Assembly: GCA_018260615.1 (NCBI GenBank)
Contig: JAGWDQ010000012.1
Location: 1 to 14,764 of the forward strand
Direction of reading: 5' to 3'
DNA length: 14,764 bases
DNA from: Candidatus Altarchaeum sp.
GTDB lineage: Archaea > Altiarchaeota > Altiarchaeia > Altiarchaeales > Altiarchaeaceae
Part shown: positions 6,381 to 13,664 of the stretch, one piece after another
Layout: the number at the start of each line of letters is the position of its first letter
Position numbering within the stretch: position 1 is the first letter of the stretch
The notes under the pieces: generated by a model
Told to the model about the DNA's origin: nothing
What the model saw: the letters and a program-made list of their open reading frames with translations, nothing else
The model's database searches: none
Program-made: the position numbers and the translations under genes

Positions 6381-8252
6381 ATGAGGTCCCACATTTTATT
6401 ATTTTCGGCATTTTTTGTATTTGTTATTGTGGTTATTATTGCACCGTTATCTTTTGTTAGTGCATATTTTCCACCTCATGAAAAAAATTTATTGTCATTA
6501 GATGTAACAAAGATAGCAAAGTCAGAGATAAATGTAAGTTATCAGGCACAAATTGAGGTTGAAAACACAAATCTTCCATCCGGATACAATACTTTTACAG
6601 TTTATATTCCTTATGCCATTGAAGATGAAAGACAAAAAGTTGCCGCTCTTTATACAAACATAACACTCTCAAATTCAACATTTAATTCAACATTGGCAAA
6701 TTGTTCCTGCAATAGGGACATAAATCAATATCTGTGCTGTGAAATTGTCCAAAAGAGTGATGGAAAGAAAGTAAAAATAACCTTTTCTGTTCCGAAAGGC
6801 AGGTTTAATACGAGTTATGAGATAACCGAAGATGTAAAAGTAAATAATTCTATGAGCATTACATCGTTAAATAAGACAAACAATACCGATGCAAATATAA
6901 CAAAATTTCTAAATTTTGACAGCTGGGCAAATAATGATGAAGAAATTAAAAATTTCACGATAAATTTAACAAAGGACTCAAAAAGTGATTTTGAAAAGGT
7001 TTTAAAGATTACCGAATGGATTTACAACAACATAGAATATAACATTTCCAGAGGTGGAAAATTTCAAAGCGCATCACAGACATTCAACAAAACTAACAGA
7101 CAAGGGGTTTGCAATCACTTTACAAATTTATTCCTGGTTATGTGCCGAGGTCTCAACATTTCAGCAAGAGGCATCGCGGGAGAAATTTTTAACGAAACAA
7201 ATTATATCAGCGGACATGCGTGGGCGGATGTTTTTATTGATAAATGGTATGCTGTTGATCCGACATTTGGAGAAATCGGATTAGTTGACGGCGGAAGGGT
7301 TGGATTTACACAATCCGTAAGTGTAAGCGGTTTGCTTTATTTTGATATGGATCCGACTTATCTGAGTATTATTTCGTGGGATATTTCTTCTGCGGACTTT
7401 GGAAAACCAAATACGACCGAATGGGAAAATATGATAAATGTTACAACAAATTATACATGGACAAATAAGACGGAAAATAATATTACTCATATTGCAAACG
7501 GAACTTTACAGATAACAGCAAACATTACACGATTAAATTTATCCGGAGCAATAACCGGAATGATAACCCTATCTCCGCCGGATACATCTTCCTTGGAGAT
7601 AAATGTAACGGTTTGCGAATATGGAAAGCCATTAAACGGATATTTCTTAATTCCAGAACATGAAAATTCAACAACCATAATCTGGATATTAAATTTTACG
7701 AATGTAAATTTAAGCAATGAGCAAAATTATATGTTTCCGGTCGTCGTGCATTCCTTACTCTCAAATGCAACAACTGTAAATGTAACAACATATCCGAGTT
7801 TCATCATTCATCCGTTAATGAAAACAATGGAATCAGATAATTTTCAGCTGAACATTAATGTAAGAAATGTCGGCTTGAGGGATGGAAATGTTTATATACG
7901 GGTTTTTTTGGATGGTAACCCTATCCCTTATGCTACTGATAATTTATTCGTCAAAGGCGGAAGCAATACAAATTTTACAATAATAAATTTCACTAATGTT
8001 ATTGGGTCACATCTTGTTGAGCTCACAGGAGATGGAAAGGGATTTAAATTTTTTATCGGAAGTTATAAAGGCGATGTAAATTTGGATACAAAAATATCAT
8101 TGGAAGATGCTTTACAATTAACAGAATTTATTGCAGGTGCAATAAATGAAACAGAAGCGGGCAGGGCTAAAATGGATTATAATGATGCAGATAACAATAA
8201 CATTACTGATATATTTGATGTTGTTAAAATTTTAGAGGCAATCTCACAATAA
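6381..8252 (+). CDS. Secreted transglutaminase-like (Cys-His-Asp) protein with Ig/CARDB-like region and C-terminal dockerin type I-like domain, 623 aa
   Basis: Signal peptide MRSHILLFSAFFVFVIVVIIAPLSFVSA. Transglutaminase core GVCNHF (C244), GHAW (H279), AVDPT (D293). C-terminal duplicated Ca-binding loops GDVNLDTKISLEDA and DYNDADNNNITDIFDVVKIL. More than 30 N-x-S/T sequons. Confidence 0.9.
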   Translation: MRSHILLFSAFFVFVIVVIIAPLSFVSAYFPPHEKNLLSLDVTKIAKSEINVSYQAQIEVENTNLPSGYNTFTVYIPYAIEDERQKVAALYTNITLSNSTFNSTLANCSCNRDINQYLCCEIVQKSDGKKVKITFSVPKGRFNTSYEITEDVKVNNSMSITSLNKTNNTDANITKFLNFDSWANNDEEIKNFTINLTKDSKSDFEKVLKITEWIYNNIEYNISRGGKFQSASQTFNKTNRQGVCNHFTNLFLVMCRGLNISARGIAGEIFNETNYISGHAWADVFIDKWYAVDPTFGEIGLVDGGRVGFTQSVSVSGLLYFDMDPTYLSIISWDISSADFGKPNTTEWENMINVTTNYTWTNKTENNITHIANGTLQITANITRLNLSGAITGMITLSPPDTSSLEINVTVCEYGKPLNGYFLIPEHENSTTIIWILNFTNVNLSNEQNYMFPVVVHSLLSNATTVNVTTYPSFIIHPLMKTMESDNFQLNINVRNVGLRDGNVYIRVFLDGNPIPYATDNLFVKGGSNTNFTIINFTNVIGSHLVELTGDGKGFKFFIGSYKGDVNLDTKISLEDALQLTEFIAGAINETEAGRAKMDYNDADNNNITDIFDVVKILEAISQ

Positions 8253-8321
8253 ATTACAACAAAATTTTAAATTATAAAAAAATAACCTCATTTTGTTCGT
8301 ATATTTTTTAAACTTTAAAAA

Positions 8322-8798
8322 ATGATAAAAATAGGCATAATATCTGACACACACATACTCCGGGGGATGGAAAAAATTTCAAAATCAATTCTCAATGAAT
8401 TTTCAAATGTGGATAAAATTCTTCACGCGGGAGATTTTGTTTCAATTGATGTCTTAAACCATCTGCAGAACATCGCCCCGACAATTGGCGTTCGCGGAAA
8501 CATGGATCAATTTAATATACTGCCTGCTTATCAGGAACTCAAAATTGAGGGCTTAAAAATAGGGCTTATTCATAATGCGGGTTCTTATCGTGAAGACCCT
8601 GTCAAAAACCCGCTTAATCTGGCAAAATCCAAAGGTGTTGATGTTCTGGTTTATGGGCATACTCACACACGATTTATGAAAAAAGCAGGGGACATTTTAC
8701 TTTTGAATCCCGGGAGTCCGACCCTCGCGGACCAAAAAAGTTTTATGACTGCAAAAATCAATGGAAAAGACATATCTGTTGAGGTTTTTGAATTATAA
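8322..8798 (+). CDS. Metallophosphoesterase, YfcE/MJ0936 family, 158 aa
   Basis: Motifs IISDTH, HAGD, RGNMD, LIH, GHTH, NPGS. Confidence 0.93.
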   Translation: MIKIGIISDTHILRGMEKISKSILNEFSNVDKILHAGDFVSIDVLNHLQNIAPTIGVRGNMDQFNILPAYQELKIEGLKIGLIHNAGSYREDPVKNPLNLAKSKGVDVLVYGHTHTRFMKKAGDILLLNPGSPTLADQKSFMTAKINGKDISVEVFEL

Positions 8799-9743
8799 AA
8801 AGAAAATTTTATGACCAAACAACAGAGAAAGCACAAATAAAAGGAAAAAGAATATAAGTGTTGTTACCAGGACATTGCCGGATGCTATATCAGAATTTAA
8901 TTTATAATGAACTGCTAATATCATCGTCATAAGTCCGGACGGCATCAGGGATTGCAGCAATATTATATTTTTTTCCATAGGAGTTAAGGGAATATTTAAA
9001 AGTCCCATTAAGCAGATAATTAAAAAAGCAAAGGCGGGAATAGCCCCTAATTTAATAACCGAAGAGAGGACTGAAATTTTAATAAATTTAGAAATTTTTC
9101 CGATATCCAAATACATCCCAAGATAAAGCAGGGTAAAAAACAAACTCGTACTTCCAATCAGTTCAAATAAATTTACCGTATCAGCCATAATGCCTTCAAC
9201 ACCAACACCCCAAAAATTTCCAATAAGTATTCCAAATATAAACGCATATAAAGGCGGAAATTTGAAGAAATTGAGTAAAATATTAGATATGTTTGGCTTG
9301 TTTTTTCCGTAAATTCCTGCGGTAAATGTAACTATTGTTATTAAGCCGATGAACATTCCAAGGTCATAAAGCACGGCATAAAACAAGCCGGTTGAACCAA
9401 AGAAATAAAAAGATATGGGATAGCCCAAAAATCCCGTATTTGCATGTGCTGAAGTAATTATGAAACTGCCTGCGGACGGTTTGTCTAAATTTAAAAATTT
9501 TGATGCAAAAAACGCAACAAAAATTCCAAAAACCAAAATAACAAAAGCAATAAATGTCAGGATAAAATTTGATAAATGGACGGGATTTTTCAGGAATGTC
9601 GCCAAAACCAGCGCAGGAAGTGCAACATAAATAATAAAAATGCGGAGCACGCGCCGAATTGCATCCTCAAATTTTGTCCTCCTTAAAATTTGCCCGATTC
9701 CCAGCAACAATGCAAATATAATTATTGTTTCAAACAAAATCAT
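8793..9743 (-). CDS. AEC (auxin efflux carrier / membrane transport protein) family permease, 316 aa
   Basis: About 10 hydrophobic segments; YVALPALV, ANTGFLGYP, PPLYAFIFG and LMPSG...LAVHY motifs typical of AEC permeases. Overlaps the convergent phosphoesterase gene by 6 nt. Confidence 0.88.
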   Translation of the reverse strand: MILFETIIIFALLLGIGQILRRTKFEDAIRRVLRIFIIYVALPALVLATFLKNPVHLSNFILTFIAFVILVFGIFVAFFASKFLNLDKPSAGSFIITSAHANTGFLGYPISFYFFGSTGLFYAVLYDLGMFIGLITIVTFTAGIYGKNKPNISNILLNFFKFPPLYAFIFGILIGNFWGVGVEGIMADTVNLFELIGSTSLFFTLLYLGMYLDIGKISKFIKISVLSSVIKLGAIPAFAFLIICLMGLLNIPLTPMEKNIILLQSLMPSGLMTMILAVHYKLNSDIASGNVLVTTLIFFFLLFVLSLLFGHKIFFL

Positions 9744-9829
9744 TTAAAAATTCATTTAAAATTTTAAAAGTTTTATTATTAAGTATTTATCCTTGATTAT
9801 TTATCATTAAATCTATTATAAATTTTAAA
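9744..9829. promoter_or_regulatory. Short divergent promoter region between the AEC permease and the CBS protein
   Basis: 86-bp AT-rich gap between divergent ATGs, with several TATA-like stretches. Specific boxes cannot be assigned. Confidence 0.45.
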
Positions 9830-12800
9830 ATGGCAATCCTTGCAAAAGATATAATGACGCCAAATCCGAGCTCTTGTTATAGGTACATTTCTCTTGACAG
9901 AGTTATAGAAATTATGGAAAAAAAGGAGGATGGTAAGGTATCCTATATTGTCCTTACTGATGAGCATTCTGTTTTATTGGGGATTTCATCCAGATGGAAT
10001 ATAGCAAGATTTATCTTAAAATTTAACATCAGCGAAGAAAATTTAACAAATATTCCCATAAACAACATTATGCAGATAAATGTAATAAGTAAGGATGTTG
10101 AAACACCTTTTGAACAGGTGATTGAAAACGTAATAAGTACAAATTCAGAATGTATGATTTGCACTGAAACCAAACGGGGAGAAAACTTTGCATCTGTAAA
10201 AGGAATTATCTGTAAAAGAGATGTACTGGCAGGGATCAGCGATATTATATTGCATTCCAGGGACATTAAAAGGTATGCGGATGACATAATAGCGGAAGAC
10301 CTAATGAACACAAAAGTAAAAGATACTGGAATATGCTATAAATATGAAGATGTTATTGATGTAAAGAAAAGGATGGCTGAAAATAATATAAAACATGTAT
10401 GTGTTATTAATGAAATCAACGATAAACAAAAACTTATTAAAGTTATTTCTTATAAGGACTTAATAGATATAAAAACTTCAAATGCCATATCTGAAATAAA
10501 AACAAAAAGAGAAGATGAAATTTCAAAAAGAAAATTGGGGGACTTACAAAACAAAGAAAAATTTTCTCAATACAATGATAAGACCTTAATTGCCTGTTCC
10601 AAAAATACAAACTTATCAAAATTAATAGAATTGATGATGGTTTGTCATGTGGGGGTGATTCCGGTAATTGACGAGGATGATACCTTACTTGGAATAATTG
10701 GAAGGAAAGAAATTTTTGAGGCGTTTCTTTTTGTATTAGATGATTGTAAAAGAAATAATATTGATTTTGATGAACTTGTTTTGCATACCCAAAAATTGAC
10801 AGAAATACCTGAAGCACAACCCTTGCAAACAAATACAAATAGTGATACGAATCTCAACAAAATAATGATTCCGAGATTTGCGATTGATGTTATTTCACCA
10901 ATGCAAAGACAAGATAGAGGACAGGAAAATGGCAAAGTTATATGTTGCGGCACAAATGAAAAAGTAAACGATGTCGGATTAAGTATGAAAAATAACAACA
11001 TATCTCATGTTGTAATAACCAGCGACGGAACAGATAATGGCGCACTGCTCGGCATAATTTCAGCAAGAGACATAACAATTTACCGGCGAATAATGGATGC
11101 ATCCGGAGCCAACATTGATGACACACCTATTCGTGATTTCGCAAATCCTTTATGCCCCTCTGTAATTTACTGCTCAAAATACACATCTTTTCCGGAAATT
11201 GTTGAAACAATGGTTAAAAATAACATCGGAAGTATGATTGTTATGGGCAAAGAAAATATCAATGTAGAAGAAGAAACAAATAATATGAAGGGGAATTTAA
11301 ATCAGGCCGAAGAAGATATGAGATGCGAAATAGAAAATGAGATACCCGGATTAAAACACAAATCAAAATTTTTTGAAACAATTGGAGAAGAATATATAAG
11401 AATGATTACAAACATAACTAATTCAAATGCTGATGTTACAAAGATAAGCACCGGCATTATGAACATTCTTAAAACATACCTGTCATTAACAGGATTGAAA
11501 CTAAATGAAGAAATAAATAAAGAAATAACTGAAAAATTTAAAAATCGCATAGAAAAAGAAATATCCTTACTTCTATCAAAAATTCCGGAAGAAAAATTCA
11601 GTTCATCAAAGGATATGGAAATACAGATTGAAAAATTAATAAGTGATTTGAAAAAATATATAGGTGCGATGGGAATTACAAAACAAAAAGAGCAGTCAGA
11701 AGTAATTGAAAGAATAATGGATGATGAAAAAAATGCGATTATGGCTGCGTTTGAAGGAGATATACCTAAAACATGCTATGATTGTGATGGTCTAATAATA
11801 AAACTAAAAGAGGGAATACACTTAAAGGACTATTTTATCCATGTTCTAAAGTGGAAGATAAACAACATCCTGCTTAATATTGCTAAAATGCAATTTGAAA
11901 GCAAAAATGTTGAGGACGAAATCAATTCCATAAATAATGAGTTGGCAAAAATTTTGGCAAAGATAAACATGCAGGAAGATAAGTTAGAAAATTGTAAAAC
12001 AATAATGGCAAAGACATTGTGGATAATTGCGGACTCGCACAAAAAGGTTGCTAATCTAAAGAGTATAAGCGATAAATTTGCTGCTATTCTAAATATATAT
12101 ATTGAGAGTGCATACAGTCAGGATTGCAGGGGGAAAATTATGGAGGTCTGGAATAAAAAAGCAAAAAATGTAAGTGAAAATTTTAGATACGGATTATATA
12201 AAATTATCAGGGGAAAAATTGTGGGTTTTATATCCAGAAGCGATGTATTGCGGGGAATAAAAACAACTCTTTCGTTTTTACACTTGCCTTTTATTGAAAA
12301 TGAAATGACTAAAAAAGATATTGCAAAAATTTGCGCGAAAGCAGAAGATATTATTATGAATAAAAATGTCAAAGATGTTAAGACATGCAACGCAACAGAC
12401 AAAATTATTAAAGTGGATGGAAAAATGTGCAAGTTCCATATAGGGCATATCTGTGTTGTCCATAATGAAAATGAACTGATAGGCATTGCTTCTTATGACG
12501 ATTTTGTTCCGACAATAATTTGTCCTGCTGCTGTTTTGTCTTCATCAACTATGGAAAAAACAATGAGTAAAAATAGCGAACTTTTTGTATGTGATAAAGA
12601 TACCTTGTTAGAGGACTTGATAGAAATTATAGTGGTGAATAAAATAGGAGCAATTCCCGTGGTTGAAAAAAAAGTAAATGATGGATTTTACAGACATCAT
12701 GAAAATGTCTTTGACGAACTTATAAAATCAATATCGGAGAAAAAGAGAAGTGTATCTTTTATTCCTGTTATTGGAAATAAAAATATGGATGTTAACAAAG

Positions 12801-13204
12801 GTATTGATTTTTTAAACCCTGCACAAAATTTGCAAAGTCAAAATTATACGAACACTTTACTAAAAGATATGTATGAAGGCAGGATAACCAAAATCCTTTT
12901 ATTAAAACAAATCAGTGATACCAAAACAAGTATATTTGCAACAGGGATAAATAAAGAATACAATAGAAAATTTAAGGAAGGACTAAAAAATAAGAAATTG
13001 GTAGAGGTAAAACAACAGTTTAGAAAATTTAATGAAATGCTTAAATATATCAGTATAGACAGAAGAATCAGCGGCATAATAATAGAAAATGAAGATGAGG
13101 ATATGTTTAAATACAGGTATTTGCTCAAAGGAATTATATGTAAAAAGGAACTTTTTGAGTCCGGCATGAATGTAATAAAAATAATTGATAATTTAACTAC
13201 ATAA
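9830..13204 (+). CDS. Large multi-CBS-domain protein (8 CBS domains / 4 Bateman modules) with two large internal insertions, 1124 aa
   Basis: Repeated CBS motifs, e.g. AKDIMT, AEDLMN, VGVIPVIDEDDTLLGIIGRKEI, LLGIISARDI, GKIVGFISRSDV, LIGIASYDD, GAIPVVE, LKGIICKKEL. No transmembrane or recognisable enzymatic domain. Confidence 0.9.
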   Translation: MAILAKDIMTPNPSSCYRYISLDRVIEIMEKKEDGKVSYIVLTDEHSVLLGISSRWNIARFILKFNISEENLTNIPINNIMQINVISKDVETPFEQVIENVISTNSECMICTETKRGENFASVKGIICKRDVLAGISDIILHSRDIKRYADDIIAEDLMNTKVKDTGICYKYEDVIDVKKRMAENNIKHVCVINEINDKQKLIKVISYKDLIDIKTSNAISEIKTKREDEISKRKLGDLQNKEKFSQYNDKTLIACSKNTNLSKLIELMMVCHVGVIPVIDEDDTLLGIIGRKEIFEAFLFVLDDCKRNNIDFDELVLHTQKLTEIPEAQPLQTNTNSDTNLNKIMIPRFAIDVISPMQRQDRGQENGKVICCGTNEKVNDVGLSMKNNNISHVVITSDGTDNGALLGIISARDITIYRRIMDASGANIDDTPIRDFANPLCPSVIYCSKYTSFPEIVETMVKNNIGSMIVMGKENINVEEETNNMKGNLNQAEEDMRCEIENEIPGLKHKSKFFETIGEEYIRMITNITNSNADVTKISTGIMNILKTYLSLTGLKLNEEINKEITEKFKNRIEKEISLLLSKIPEEKFSSSKDMEIQIEKLISDLKKYIGAMGITKQKEQSEVIERIMDDEKNAIMAAFEGDIPKTCYDCDGLIIKLKEGIHLKDYFIHVLKWKINNILLNIAKMQFESKNVEDEINSINNELAKILAKINMQEDKLENCKTIMAKTLWIIADSHKKVANLKSISDKFAAILNIYIESAYSQDCRGKIMEVWNKKAKNVSENFRYGLYKIIRGKIVGFISRSDVLRGIKTTLSFLHLPFIENEMTKKDIAKICAKAEDIIMNKNVKDVKTCNATDKIIKVDGKMCKFHIGHICVVHNENELIGIASYDDFVPTIICPAAVLSSSTMEKTMSKNSELFVCDKDTLLEDLIEIIVVNKIGAIPVVEKKVNDGFYRHHENVFDELIKSISEKKRSVSFIPVIGNKNMDVNKGIDFLNPAQNLQSQNYTNTLLKDMYEGRITKILLLKQISDTKTSIFATGINKEYNRKFKEGLKNKKLVEVKQQFRKFNEMLKYISIDRRISGIIIENEDEDMFKYRYLLKGIICKKELFESGMNVIKIIDNLTT

Positions 13205-13214
13205 ATAATTTAAA

Positions 13215-13664
13215 ATGAGTGAAATTTTATCAGAGGGAAAACTTTTATTAACTGAATACAAAGGAAGTGTTTCAAATATCCCCGAAAAATTTAAAAGGGC
13301 TGAAGAAAAAGGAAAAATAATTTACATCTCCCTAAACGGAAAACATATTCCAAAAACTAATTCTGACATTGTTTTGAGCGAGGTACCTGAATTTCATACT
13401 CAAAAAGGGATAGAAATTTTACCGCACTTGTTGTTTGAAATAATCAGAGATACAATTGCATCGTATGAGCATAATAATATAAGCGGCATAATAATTGAAA
13501 TTGACGAAATATTTGAAAAATTTAGAGATAAATCCAAAATTTCCGACTTTCTTTCTGCGTTGAAATCCGTGTTGCATATCTCAAATATCACAGTAGTTAT
13601 GCTTACAAAATCATCGGACGATTTGCTTAAAAAGTATGGTCTAAATAAGAATTTATTTGATTAG
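13215..13664 (+). CDS. Small cytoplasmic protein, probably DUF835 / degenerate KaiC-RecA-like fold, 149 aa
   Basis: Alternating beta/alpha pattern with IIYIS strand, Walker-B-like strand ISGIIIEIDE, helix KISDFLSALKSVL and terminal strand ITVVMLT. No Walker A motif. Starts 10 nt after the CBS gene stop. Confidence 0.65.
   Translation: MSEILSEGKLLLTEYKGSVSNIPEKFKRAEEKGKIIYISLNGKHIPKTNSDIVLSEVPEFHTQKGIEILPHLLFEIIRDTIASYEHNNISGIIIEIDEIFEKFRDKSKISDFLSALKSVLHISNITVVMLTKSSDDLLKKYGLNKNLFD

Noticed and set aside
7054-7717. ORFs 7054-7284, 7281-7490 and 7487-7717
   Set aside because: Nested in the transglutaminase-dockerin CDS; no independent coding signal.
9755-9768. TTTAAAATTTTAAA palindrome in the AEC/CBS promoter
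   Set aside because: Pure A/T palindromes are expected by chance at this base composition.
11249-13120. CBS insertions as inteins or introns
   Set aside because: No N-terminal Cys/Ser, no C-terminal His-Asn, no LAGLIDADG blocks; the frame is continuous and there is no evident bulge-helix-bulge.
9943-13591. Minus-strand ORFs inside the CBS gene and the 149-aa gene
   Set aside because: Antisense shadows of K/E/N-rich coding sequence; no recognisable domains.
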